Of a stretch of DNA of 35,878 nucleotides, positions 1 through 12,400 are shown in pieces. The translations under genes were made by a program, and so were the position numbers. The notes below the pieces were generated by a model. It did not search any database. It saw only the letters and a program-made list of their open reading frames with translations, and had not been told where the DNA came from. Each line of letters begins with the position of its first letter. The stretch's first letter is position 1. The stretch comes from Basidioascus undulatus (taxonomy: Eukaryota). The DNA is taken from the NCBI GenBank assembly GCA_000826855.1, contig JTLS01000062.1:1-35878 (forward strand), in the 5' to 3' direction.

Positions 1-33
1 AATGAGAATACTGAGCGGCCAAGACCTGTTAAA

Positions 34-361
34 GGCTGTCAACAATGGCTGTGCTGGGAGAGTGAGTGTCTAGCTTGAGTGGGGAGGTTTTAGACGCTGA
101 GTGGTGGTGGATTGGTGATAAAGGGTCCTCGAGTCCCTCATTTTGCTCGACCGCTTCCTCTATCTACGCGAGAAGCTCGGCGACGGCGCAGACGTGCGGC
201 TCACGAATGTGTTCGACCAGTCGACGGGGTCGTCCCGGTGCGTTTGGTCGTTTTTTTGGTTGTTGTCGGGGTGGAGGAGGGGGCAGGAGGGAGTTGATTT
301 GGCTGACTGGAAGGCGATGCACAGGAACGTCGCTATTGTTGTGGATCGCAAGAAGCAATAA
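34..361 (+). CDS. 3' exons of a METTL25/RRNAD1-like methyltransferase (partial, 5' end outside the window)
   Basis: Removing introns gtgagt..taaag (62-123) and gtgcgt..cacag (~238-324) gives LSTMAVLGEVLESLILLDRFLYLREKL..VRLTNVFDQSTGSSRNVAIVVDRKKQ*. This matches, from memory, the 'ESLILLDRxxYLxE...FDP..SPRN.A' C-terminus of the METTL25/RRNAD1 family. Confidence 0.7.
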
Positions 362-713
362 ATGCAGTTTGTGTCTGCCGTTGGCCATGCTGCGCCTGCG
401 GGCCCGGCTTTTTTTTTCGTCGGATGGCTCGTTTGGATCATCAATCCTTTGCCCGGTCGCCTGGTTTCCGGTATCTGACATCGACTGATCGGAAATCATT
501 CGACTCACTCGCTTTGGCGCTGGTCGCCGTCGAGCTTGTTGCATTCGCCAAGCGCACTTCGAATTCCGGGACTCGAGCGTAGATGGGCTTGGCTGATATC
601 GATTTCGGCCATTGATGAAATTGCTTGTCTAACTAACGTCCTTTCGCTGTCTCGCAACTGAAGGCAAATTTTTCATATCACCGCGCACGCCATTCGCATC
701 ACAACAGGCAGTA

Positions 714-1903
714 TTAATCGCGAACGACAACGGGAGACGGGGGTCGAGGCGCCGAGAAGACGTGGAAACGCATCGAGCCCGGTGGGGTGGCTAGCATCTC
801 CTCGAGCACCATGGACCTCCGCATCAGCTTGAGCGTCGCCACGTCCGCATCGTCATCCTCCGCCGGCAACGCCTCGTCCGCCTCCGTCATCTTCTCCTCG
901 TCCTCCTCTCCCACTTCACCCTCCCCTCCCTCATTCCCTACGTCCTCCCCCACATCCAGTGGACCCTCCCCGCTCTGCGGCCGCGCCGCAACAAGCAGGA
1001 CGCTCCCACGCGCGTCGCCGTAGCGCGGCGCGGGCTCGCGCAGGATGTACGGGTCCTCGACGTCGCCCGTCCCGCGGCGGCCACGGCGGTATGGCGGGGG
1101 CGCGAGACGCGTCCATGGGGCGAAGAGTGTGAAGATGCGGTCGAAGGAGGGGTACCCGGGGTCGTCTGGGTCTGGGTGGAGCGCTAAACGATGCTCGACG
1201 AGCGCCCGGAGGAGGGTGAGGGAGAGGAGAAGAATCTCGAAGAGAAGAGCGGCACAGAAGCCTGGGAGGTATGCGAAGCTTAGCACGAGCGACTCGGAAT
1301 CTTGAATAAGGAGATTAACTCACCGAAATGCACTAGCGGTTGGCTACTAATGTGGGGAGGAACGGAGAGCGGGACCGGCTGCAGGCCGTCACTGTCGTCC
1401 TTTCCTTCCTCCCTCCCCGTTTCCTGCTGCGGCTGCAGCTGCGAGCGCAGATGTCGATGGATGCTCCCATGCACATGGAGGACCACGAACGCGTACATCC
1501 CGGCCGTCGCACCGAGGACCACGAACCACGCAGCGAGGAACCACAGCGTGCGCGCCGGGACGCCGCAGACCTTGGCCTCCGCGATCTTGTGGATGCACCG
1601 CCTGAGGCGCGACGGTGGGCTCTCCGGGTGCGGGACGCCCTCGGGGTGCTGCTGTTCGGGGAGGGGTGCCCCGGAGTGGTCGGCGGCGTGGCATGGAGGT
1701 GGAGAGTCCGGATACCCGATCTCCCCCGGCTTTGTGGCCTGCACGAGGACTGGCAAGCGTTCTGGGTGGAGCGCGGCGGGCTCTGGCGGGTGGAGAAGTG
1801 CGACTGAACTGCGTGGGGAGGGAGACGGTGACGGGAAAAGTGAGAGTGCGGAGAGGGAAGGCGTAGGCGAGGCAGAGCGGAAGGTTGACAGCGTGGACGA
1901 CAT
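714..1903 (-). CDS. Basidiomycete hypothetical membrane protein (about 2 TM segments; GTGDVED and YGDARGS motifs)
   Basis: ORFs 1280-1987 and 714-1286 join in frame through a 62-nt GT-AG intron (1262-1323). There are two hydrophobic helices (LWFLAAWFVVLGATAGMYAFVVL and GFCAALLFEILLLSLTLL), and PPPY..GTGDVED..YGxxRGS motifs that I recognise from basidiomycete hypothetical proteins. Confidence 0.7.
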
Positions 1904-2456
1904 GAGAGAGCAAGGACAAGACTCGAGAGGTGCGAGGACGGATGGGTCTGGCCGGAGTGTGATATTGTTGTTATTTTGCATGAGCAAAGGGACAGGCCAA
2001 GAAGCCGCATAGCGCGAGGCCTGTGATAGGCGACATTCAAGGGGCAGCGAGCATGCGAAGGGGAAGGGAAAGTGCCACAGCCAAGATCTATGGGGAGAGC
2101 CCGGGGAACTTTAAACAATCCCACAAGAGTGGATCTTGAGAGTGGATCTTAAGTAAATGTTTTCGTAAATTTCTACAATATTAATTGAGGAGTGGCACAA
2201 CTGGGGCGTCACAGCCGGGAGAAAGTGCGAATGGAGCGCATCCTAGAGTTAAATGCTTTGACGTTGATAACCCTGAGTATTGGAAAGTTCACCCTGTCCA
2301 AAGCAATCCCTTGCTCTTGATTAGGAATGTGCCCGACAGCCCATCAGAAGTGTTGATAGAAAAGGTGGTGTACCTGGGCTTTGGTGCTGCCCTCTTTACA
2401 TGCTCGCCAGCCCTGCTTCCGTCCCTCCCACTTGCGGGGGTTCTGCCTGCGATTCA

Positions 2457-2708
2457 CCATCTCGCGTTCTTGGAGTATCCCACGGGTAGAACTTTTTGGG
2501 TCAAATGCTAACGCAAAACGTGTTTCTGTACAAGGCATCCCACTCCTCGAGCGATCAAAGGTAGGTCTCCACGGCGATAATCAAGCTGGAATGAAAAAGG
2601 AGTTCCAGCCGCGTGCGGTGCAAGGGTCAGCAGGATGCAAGGCGGCGCGGTGGCTATTCTCCTCTGCTCTGACCGTCACCTCCTCGACCGTCGTCCCCTG
2701 GCAACAAG
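2457..2708 (+). repeat. About 250-bp dispersed repeat, copy 1 (upstream/promoter region of the F-box gene)
   Basis: Reverse complement of 32451-32702, with roughly a dozen or so differences counted by eye. Confidence 0.95.
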
Positions 2709-2749
2709 CGTCAACGCTCTCAAACTCGCTTCTCAACCCCAAACGAGAA

Positions 2750-3741
2750 ATGGCACCTCAATCGCTGGTTTCTCTGCCCCTCGAGATCCTCGAGCTGGTC
2801 CGCGACGAGCTCCCGCTGCACAGCCTCACCGCTCTCTCGCAGACCTGCGCACGGCTGAAGCAGTCTTGCGACCAGTCTCATCTCGTACGTCGCATGAAGC
2901 AATGCGGCTACGGAGCACCGCTGCTCTTCGGGCACGGTGTTGACGGCTTGATAGGGGTGCGCGCGGCGCTGGCTCAGCTTGGTCGTCCTTCATGCGAGGG
3001 AGAGGCGACATGCGAGTTCTGCAGGCAGCGCCAGTCCGGCAAGTCCCGTGGTTCCATTGCAGTCCATGTTCCATTCAACTTCCAACAGGTGTATCTCTGT
3101 CATGAGTCCGTGTGTTTCATTGGTGTTCACGGCCGTTCGCGTCGCGCGGGACAAGCTCTCGCTCAACCTGCATCCTTTACTGGAGCACAACGAGGTTGTC
3201 GTCCCTTTCGATTATACCCGGTCGGAATCGATCAAACTCGAATGCTTGCTTGACTACTACTGCAGAAACTGCGACGAATACCACGACGATACCTCCAGGC
3301 CTTCGTTGTCCTCCCTCCTTGCTCACAGGTGTCTCGCGTCCGCCTTTGCTACCGTCCCGCCCGTCAGAGAGCCCGACCTACTGCTCGGATACTTTGGCTT
3401 GGGGGTGTACTGGAGACGCACGATCGAAAACGTTATTAGAGTTACCGTACTTGACTTCTGTATCGGTCTCCCGCAGCTGTTGGTCCTTGACTTGCTTTTA
3501 TCGTCAAAGACCTTCGCTGATCTCCTACCGGTTTGCTTCATACAGCATGGCAATCCCTCTTACGTCGGGCGAGCTTTCGACTCTAAGAAGCCTCCTTAAC
3601 TTGCCTCATCTGCCGCCGGGCACGTCGCGCCGTTTGCGTGAGTGCAGGGAGGACTCCTCCGCGGGGCGGAGGACAGCTCACCAGAGTTTTGCCCTTTCAG
3701 ACGCACGAGCCATTTGGTCTAAAAGGATCTACAACGACTGA
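2750..3741 (+). CDS. F-box domain protein (middle splice junction unresolved; possibly a pseudogene)
   Basis: The N-terminus LVSLPLEILELVRDELPLHSLTALSQTCARL is a typical F-box. Downstream exons read LHPLL...AFATVPPV...TVLDFC and LMAIPL...IYND*, with GT-AG introns at ~3479-3546 and 3638-3700. I could not find a clean in-frame junction at ~3039-3150. Confidence 0.65.
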
Positions 3742-4063
3742 AATTAAGTGGGAGTGGTATTAGACCTACAATGCGGGAGCAGTCGGAGGCTTGCATCGTG
3801 GCGATTTTGCAAGCCTTGCTGCTTTTCGCATCATGCATCCGTATGCTAAAAGCATAGCTCTCCCTAAGGTTAGAAAGGCAAAGCAAACTCGCGTGCGGTG
3901 AACAAGTCCAGGTTGATTCAGGCGTGCCCCGGCAGTTTCTCCTACACGTCAGCTCGAATCGAACGTCACCAACTCCCCGACTACAACTTCGACCCAACTT
4001 ACACAAAGCGCATTCTTGTGAATTAGAGCATGAGCTGGTCTTCTTCACCATGCGGCGGCTCGA

Positions 4064-4687
4064 GTGGCCCAGGGCAAGCTCACGCTCGAGCTGCACCCGC
4101 TGCTGCAACATAAAGAGAGATTCATCCCATTTCATTGGGCCGGTCAGGCGTCGATCAGCCTTGAAATCTGGCTTGACCATGTCTGCGTGGCGGCTACCGT
4201 GACAACCAACACTGTTCGACGTCCTCCTTTCGCGCTCACCCCCGCCTCGCCGCCGCCTTGGCTACATGCCCGCCCGTCGCGGAGAATCGACGTCCTGCTC
4301 AACACTGTCCTGGATAATTGGAGGCTTACTGTCCAACGTCACTTTGGTCACCGTCTTAGACTTCTGCCACGGTGTGAAGCAGCTGTCTGCGTCCCCGACT
4401 TGCCTCATTTGTCTCTACGTAGGACCTTTGTGCTGATCCCCTGCCGGTTTGCTTCATTCAACCGTGGGGTGCCTTTCATTTGGGAAGAAATCAACACTCT
4501 CAGAGATATCCCTAACTTGTCTCATCTATCGCGGGGCACGCCGCGGCGCTTAGTTTTTGAGAACGCGTAAGTGCTGAACAAACCCATCCGCGGCGCGCAG
4601 GTAAACTCACCAGAGTACTGACTTTTCAGGTGCATGGACGAGTTGCACGCTGAAAGGAACGAATTTGCTACGATTGAAGGCTTATAG
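4064..4687 (+). pseudogene. Degenerate tandem duplicate of the 3' two-thirds of the upstream F-box gene
   Basis: GKLTLELHPLLQH aligns to DKLSLNLHPLLEH. AHPRLAAALATCPPV and VLDFCHG match in shifted frames. Nucleotide blocks such as ccggtttgcttcat, taacttg-ctcatct, gggcacg-cgcg and ctcaccagagt..tttcag are shared. Frameshifts are present and no F-box exon is visible. Confidence 0.75.
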
Positions 4688-5212
4688 AAATTCTTCAAAG
4701 ACCGAGCTGGTGCACCTCGCTTATTTCACGCGACGACTTCCCCCCCCGCCGCTTCCCATATACGTTTGCAGGTCAAAAATAATGGGAACATGTATTTCAG
4801 ATAACTCTGTGACATCTGGGCTTTCAAAACCTTGAAGAAAGTCAAGATGGTAAGGCAGACATTGCACTTGTTTTCAAGGCTTTGACCACATCGGTCGCGG
4901 ATCACAGAAAGACACACACACGCACCGTTGCAAGGTCTTTCAATGCGTGCTGCAGTGTGCATAGTTAGCGCGTGGAAAGAGTCGCACATCTTTGAAAGCT
5001 ACTCCGTTGACGGAAATAACACCAGGCATCTAGAGTCGGTGCAGTCGAGTTAGTCGGGCGGACGGATGTCATGCCGCAAATTACAGGAAGTGGTATATCT
5101 ATACCTAGTAATTAAAATATGATCGTCTAGAGATGCTTGAAGAATACCCGCCTCCCGGCTTGTCCGATAAGACCAGAAATCCCCGCAACGTCAACCCCTG
5201 GTCACGTCTACT

Positions 5213-6588
5213 CTACTTCGCCGGTGCAGGGACGCTTGCCTTCGGCACCAGCCAAAGACCAGCCTGAATGAGCCTCAGCCCCGCGACAACCGCCATTCCG
5301 CCCCGTAGCCCGGCAGGCGAGAGCAGGAATGATTCGCCGATGCCTCCGCCGATACACAGGGAAACGATAGCGATCAGACGACTGCAGTAAACCGCGTCAG
5401 TTAAGTTAAGCTTTGACTCGGAAGGACATTAATTTACCGGTTGCGGCCTTTCACGGTCTTGGAGGGATGCAAGGCGAAGAGATAAGGATCAGAGGCGATT
5501 TCTGCCAATGAAACGCAGTCAGTCTCGGTCCGTTCTGATCCCAGGTATGAACGTACGGCTTAGGGTGGCGGTGAACGCGACCGTCTGAAGCGTGATTTGT
5601 TAGAACGCAAAGTTGCAGAAGAGCGGATAACCGGAGTGTACGCACAGTGGCAAAGGCCGGGCTGACGATCTTTTGTGCTTGGATGCTTTGCATGCCCATC
5701 GCGAACGCAGACTGGTTACATAACGATCAGCTTCACTTTTCGCACAAATTGGCAGGGAGTAAAGGACATACGCAAACAAGTACTGAAACGAACAACTGTC
5801 AGTCGAATCTTTCGTAGACAGTGGTAAGGAGTAAGACTGACCAACAGGTGTGTACCGGAATGTCGGGTCCTCGTCTTCGGGTCGCGACAGCAAGATTGCC
5901 GCAGCAATCCAGAGGACGACACTTTGTATAGAGCTGGTAAGGATAAGCCAAATCCGACGGCGGTCTCCGAGGGTCCGGCCTCCCAAGGCACCAAAAAAGG
6001 AACCCAAGAAGAAGGCGAGGACGGAGAGGATGCGCTCGAGCGTGAGCAGCGGGTATCGCTCAGAGCCGGGGATGATGTATTGCGCACTGGTAATACAGCG
6101 GCTTCAGTGGGGGCTTCAAACTTTTCATGGCGCAGAGAATACGTACACGTTTCCTGAAAACTGAACCATGTTGCTGCCTCGATCCCCGTCAATGCATCAC
6201 TACAACGGGCAAAACTTCAAAGATTGGCGCACCCCGTCTGGAAGCCCACCCAGACCTGCGTCTTGTGGTATAGAAGTGCGTCGATCATTCCTGTAGATTG
6301 AGGTTTTGGCTCAGCAACATAGGAAACATGCCGCAAAATTGTACTCTGCACCCGTGATGAAGACCTGCCACGCGAGTGGGACAGATGCGTCGGCATGGTC
6401 GACCTGCTCCTCCAGCCTGCGGAAAGAGGGTGCATTTTCAGCACATCATCCCCAACCGCACCCTATTATAATCTTTTCACATACCGCTCCCTCAACCAGC
6501 TCGTCCGTTGCAGAGTCACCTCAGACTCGCCCCCTCCGAGTCGCGCTCCTTGCTCCACTGAGTCCTGGTCGGGTGACACCGGGCTCAT
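5213..6588 (-). CDS. DUF1275 (YoaK-like) multi-pass membrane protein
   Basis: Exon peptides include VWVGFQTG(N), LAFFLGSFFGALGGRTLGDRRRIWLILTSSIQSVVLWIAAAIL, FAMGMQ..SPAFAT and RLIAIVSLCIGGGIG. These are hallmarks of fungal DUF1275 proteins. Several GT-AG introns; stop TAG at 5213-5215. Confidence 0.85.
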
Positions 6589-6972
6589 AGCAAATGAGTT
6601 GGTTATTACAGGTTCTGTTGAGAGCACCGGATGGAAAAGAGAAGGATGTGGATGGTGGGCAAACTTGCGGATGTCGCTATCTTTGCCTTCGATGGCGGCA
6701 TTGCCTTTCGGGAGCCCGTCCGACGGCGTCCTCAAGCGCGGTAAGCGCAAAGTACGGGCCCCCGCCGCCTTCAGCACTTCCTCGCGCCGGTTACGATAAG
6801 CGATTGCCTCTCACTTGCTCTCATCTCGCTTTCACGCTTTCTCACGTCGACGTTTACGAGCATTGAACACCGTATATTTAAGCAGCACTCAGTCGCAACA
6901 TGTCGATCTACGTGGCGACGGTCGCCTTTTTCCAAGCGGCCCCACCGCACTCTAGCCTGAACCCGCCGGGGA

Positions 6973-9034
6973 CTATCCACCTGCCCGGTCCAGCGCCCAT
7001 CCTCCGGAAGATCCGAACTGCGCTACACTCGAAGTAGGCGGTGGATGGGCCAGCCGCCGCGAGGGCGTTGAGTCGGAAGAGGAGAGCGTGAAGGGAGGGA
7101 GGAGCGCGGCCTGCGGGGTCGAACGCGAGACGCTGGGCGACTCTGCGCCATTCAGAGGCGTGGGACAGCTCCTCGGAACGAACGCTCGCTCGACAGGCTT
7201 GGGAAGAGGCGGAGGGAGGACGGCTGGCTTTGGAGGGGCTCGAGTCGGCGTGATGGGTACGCTCAGAGACGGCTCTTTTCCGGCAGCCGGGAGCGGGGGC
7301 AGCGAAACGTCGCTCTGAGGTGGGACGTCTTCCTGAAGACGAGCGGCAAGTATCTCGGCTCGTAGCGGCTCGCAGAAGAGGCGGTGTCTGTTGCCCATAG
7401 AGAGAGCTAGTTCAGCGACAAAATCACAGCTAGACCGCTGTGTTCATCGACGCGTACCTCACCCACTCTCGGGCCTGGCAGCTTTCGGAACAGTAGTAGG
7501 CGGCACCGCTACACAAGGAAAGGGTAAGTTGAGATGTCGTGCACTGGTATATTTGGAACGCTTGCCAGTTCGAGCACTGTTTCGAAGTGAACGGTCAGCA
7601 ACAGCGGAGTGAAGATGACTGCGGGTAACGGACCTTGTTAATCGTTGCAAGATCGAAGGACCGCTTCTCGCTCTCGCACTGCCACCCGCCTTCTAAGTTA
7701 GCCGTACCCGGGAGCCTTTGGTTCTGTAGCGTCTGTAACGCACGTAAGGCCATGCCCCGCAAACAAATCCTCCCCTCGCTCCAAATAGCCTGATGCTCTG
7801 AGCGTCTCCAGCGCGCCCGAGCGTCTCGTACAGCCGTCCGAGCAGCTCTCGAGTCTGTCCGGCCAGCTCGGCGTTCTGGACGAGAGAAGGAGAAAAGGAA
7901 CGCGAATGTGTTGGTAGCGAAGCCCGAAGGGAGAACGGGAGATTAACGAACGGCGATATCTTCCGCTCTGATGAGGAGCGCATGCAGCAGAGTCGCTTCG
8001 GCTTCGGGAAAGTTCCCCATCTGAAGCTATAAGGGACGAAGAGTGAGATCCCTAGTCGGGCAGCGCAGGCACTTTTTGTCCAGGTACTGACCTGAAGATA
8101 TCCAAGCTCCTGCAGCGACATGCCGATGGACGGATCAAGAGGGTGTAGCAGCCGGACTTTCATCTGCTCCACATCCCCTGGTTGAGTACTACTCAGAAGC
8201 ATGAAACTTAAAAAATGGCCTAACCTCCAGCGCAGCTTTGAGCAGCTGCTCGGCCTGTTCGAGATCCATGGCGGCCAGGCGGTTGCAGCCGTCTGCTTGC
8301 CCCGCCCGTCAGCAATAGACCGACATGCCGCGACCGCAAATGCAGAGAGGGGACATGCGCACATCGATGCAGCCTCAGCGCTTCTTTGACCTCTTCTTCG
8401 TGCGGCTTTGCGCCTTCCGGAAGCGGCAGCGGCGTCGGTACGGACTCTGGGGAGCTGTCGGGACTGGAGCGGGGGTGCGTCGAGGGAGCGTTGAGGGGGC
8501 TGGGGTCCTAAAGGAAAGGGAGTAGGAGTTTATTTTGTTACTTCCATTCTATATAGAGCGCCGGTAGGTGCAGGTCCACAGCCCTCCCCACAGACTCATC
8601 GCAGTCCGCCTCTACCTCCCATCGAGCTCCGCCAAAGAGATGGCCGTCTCGGATTTTGGAAGAAGCTCACGTGAAGGTCCGTAGAGTCTTTGAGGCGTTC
8701 TTTCCAGCTCAGGCCGCCGACCCAGCGGGGTGCACGAGCTCGCTTGTCGGGCCTGTCCACGAGACACCAGTGAAGAGTAAGTAATCTAGCTGCGACAGCT
8801 GCTCAGTTAGGGACACAAGACGATCAACTACCTGACATATTCTGCCTTGATCTGAGGCTTTGAGTAAGCTGGGGACAAACAAATCTTCTCAGTACTCCGT
8901 CGCCAGCTGCACAAGCGGCCTGGTGGCTCACCGCCCGTTGCGCCTTGCGTGATGGGCGACGCCCATGTGCTTGACCATCTCGGCGGATTGGATGAAGGCT
9001 GCTGGCTGCTGGAGTAGAACGCTGGTGTGCCCAT
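6973..9034 (-). CDS. TPR-like helical region + MYND zinc finger + Pro/Ser-rich tail
   Basis: Spliced peptides LEQAEQLLKAALE, SIGMSLQELGYLQ and GNFPEAEATLLHAL are TPR-like. FVCGAWP..WQCESEKRSFDLATINK-CSNCGAAYYCSESCQAREWVRHRLFC is a MYND finger and needs a GC-AG intron (7509-7565) and an 11-nt exon (7566-7576). The start codon is tentative. Confidence 0.75.
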
Positions 9035-9407
9035 TGCGGCTATGAGGCAGGCGATGGTGCAATTGGGATGATGGCGGTGGGAGCGGAGAAGGGACCTTGC
9101 GGGTGTGGTAAGCTGAGCAACGTGTCGGAGTCCGCCGACGACGATCAGCGGACTCGGGGCGGTCTAAGCATTCCGTCCACCGGGTATGCCTTCAACAGCC
9201 ATGGCGTTTCTTCCTAGATTTCAAGTTGGCATTGTGAAGTTTATTCACCCGCCAACAAGCATCAAAACAAGCATATTGGTCGTGAGAAGTCGTTACAGTC
9301 ATGAAACGAGAAACAGACTGGCCAAGAAGAAATGGGCACACAAATTCGTATAAGAAAGGGAACGGGAGAGTGGAAGAGTGTGGGAAGATGTAAAGCCCGG
9401 ACGTACA

Positions 9408-12400
9408 CTATGCGAGACTACGCAAATGGAGAGCTTGGTCAAGAGCATGGTAGAGCGACGGTACCCCGACTTCCGGGATGTAGCTGGCGTCCGACCCGGC
9501 AAGCTGCGCTGTGAACGCTTGCTCTTCGCTTGCGCTGCGGAAGAACGACCCGACCGTTGACCGCTGGTCCACTTGGCAAAGAGAGCGGATGCGGCTGATG
9601 GATGGGAAGAAGGTAAAGGCAGTCAGTGAAAACGCTACAAATTCAAGGGTCTGAACAGACCGCAGCGCACCTTGACAGCAGGACCTGACGCTGAGCGGAG
9701 GTAAAGGGGAGAAACGGAATAAGGAGGTCGATGAGCGGCTGAAGTGCAGGCTGCATGCCCTCAACCGTGTCATCAGCACACGACAGGAGAACTAGACTCT
9801 GAACGAAGCACTCACCCCGAAGTGTTGGGACAGCAGCCTCAACACAGCAGTCTCCAGATGCTTGGCTGTTGCGGTAGCCGATGCTGTCGAGACTTCCCCC
9901 TCGGCGCGAGTACCTTGAAGAATGGCGGTCCCGACGCGGGTCGTAACGATGAAGATAATACGGGAGACGTCGACTGGAACGCCCGTGCGACGATCCGTAT
10001 AGGCGCCTACAATCGGGTAAAATATAACAGCGGCTCAGTCCTCCACAGAGGCGAGGGGTTCAAACAGCCGTTTGGAGGTAGATGGACTAACCACTTCGAA
10101 CTCGAGAGAGGACGTCCACCAGGGTGAATGATCCATGGAGGCGCTCCGGCGGGTTTGTGAAAACGACGACTGCGCGCCGAGCGTGATGTGCCGTCAAGAA
10201 GTCGCCCAGGACCGAGCCCTACAGAAAAATAAAAAAAGAATCAGTTAAGAACAAAGAGGCAAGTTATGTAAATGAGGTTGCGCACGCGTTCATAGCCTGG
10301 CAACGGATACGGGATGCCGAAGAGTCCATGGTCTGTCAGAGGCTCGGTGTCCAGATCCAGCTGGAGCAGTCCGACACCGAGGGCGTTGGCAACTGAGTAG
10401 GTCGAGATTTCACGTTAGAAGGTTCTTGAGAAAGTGAGAGGTACAGAACTTACTGTGCGTTGAGAGTTGTCGCTTGCCATGGCCAGCCATGCCTTCGAAG
10501 GGATGACCGCGTCAGGTCGAGCTCGTACGACCAGTGCATTAGCGACAAAAACATACCGGAAAAGACAAGAACAACTGGATTAGGTCGACGTTGCTGGGAA
10601 TGTCCCGCGATAGACTCTGTGAGTGCAGCCGCCGCGTGTTCTTGACCAACGATTCCGATGGCTGCGTCGCCGAGGTTCTGGAGGCCAGCGTCCCGAAGTG
10701 CGCGCTCCAGCTGGGGGCGCAGGACGAGCTTCTGGGCCGTCTTCCACAGCAAGTACCTTCATAAAATGGGATTGGACGTCACTGTGTTTGTCCGCAAGAG
10801 GAAAGGCTGATAGCACTACGTACCGGATCTCCACAGTGAGGCGTTCCACCGAGTTACGCGCCAGAGCCGGCGTGCACCAGGCTGTCAAGATCTTTGGGGA
10901 CCGGTCGTCCACGCCTGACAGGGGCTGCGCGTACTTCTCCCATGCAGAACGCGGAATCACCCGAGGGTTCGCGTCGTACTGGAGCAGCAGCAGGACGATC
11001 GCAGCCCTATCGATGTCGTAGTCGCAAACGAGCGCGAACGCGAGCGGCGGAAGCGTTCCGGCTGGTCGCTCTATGGAAGCGCCATGCAGAAGACAAAAAC
11101 GGACGAGCTCGAGCCGTCCGGTCGCGATGGCCCAAAAGATGGGCGGAAAGCCGAAAAATGCGTCGTTGAGCAATGCGCTGCCATATGTCGCAGCCAGACG
11201 CTCGAGCTGCCTTGACACGGCGCCATCCGGGTCGGGCTGAAGAAAGAGTTGGACGAGGGCCTTGACCGGGCTGAGGGCCGAGCGCGATGTGGAGTTCGGA
11301 ATATCGGGGAGTAGGACAGCCAACGAGCTGGAGGTGGGCCGACTGCACCTCACAGCAGTCTGCGTCGCGGCCTGCCGAAAAGTTGTCGCTTAGATAAATT
11401 AATGCGAGATGGCTGAATGTGTGGACAAACCTCCGGCGAAGACCAAGCCCGACGCTGTAGAAATAAGCTGCCATGAGCAACGATTCCCTCTGCAGGTATG
11501 AGGAAGGTTTGAGAACTTGCAGTGGGAGGTCTCTGCTCGCGGACAACGAGATCTTGCCGTGCAGTGTGCCCCTCCACCTCGACTTCGCTGATTGCCATGC
11601 TCCCGAACGGAGGAAGAAGGCCTCCCGTCGAGAAAGAGTTAGGATCTCCCGGCGGCATGTGCCCTTGCGGCAGCATCTCGCGGTGAAGCCGATGCGATGT
11701 CTCCCAGATCGGGTTGAGGCCGGGGGCGACGGGTTGTGCGAAGGAATGCGCGCTTGTCGATATGCTTGACGCTGGCGAGATGAATTGCGATTGTGGTGAA
11801 GAGTGGATCTGAGCGGATCGTGCATCCAAATCTCGCAAATGAGCACAAGCACTTTCCGACGACTGACTGCTCTGGCTCACGTAGTCGCATTCTGGGCCAT
11901 ACTCGCAATGGCCGGCTATCCCAACAGCTCGGTCAAATAAAAGGTAGAGCTGGTGATGAGGAATATAGGTTACCGATCCAGTATTTGCATCTGGGTGAAT
12001 CCGTGGTCGTTAGTTGTACGTCAGATCGGCAAGCCAAGAAGAGAACACGCACACTTTCGTTCTCCACTTGGCGTGCTTGCCGGGAGGCATCGTCGGCGAG
12101 ACTGTATGATGGCTAGTACCGGGCGCGTCGTATTGGATACGAAGCGGTGCGAGAGGAGGAGGATGAACCGCGGGAGGGCGGCGTGGAGGGGTTATGGGGA
12201 GACGCGGGATTTTGGATGGTGGCTGGGTGTAATAGCCCGGCTGCGGGGGAGAGACACGAGCCATCTGCTGTGGAAGAGCCGGGGCGTGATCTGCAGAGAA
12301 TGCTTAAATCTCACCAGCCATTGTCAAGAACATGTATGAGAAGACGTACGCAGAAATGAGCAAGCCTCGCCAGACGGACAGAGGCCAGCTGGACCCGTTC

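Noticed and set aside
66..544. ORFs 66-488 (+) and 164-544 (-)
   Set aside because: Shadow frames of the spliced methyltransferase 3' exons and their UTR.
2128..2153. Short direct repeat AGTGGATCTT x2
   Set aside because: Too short, with no further copies in array form; not CRISPR-like or a convincing TSD.
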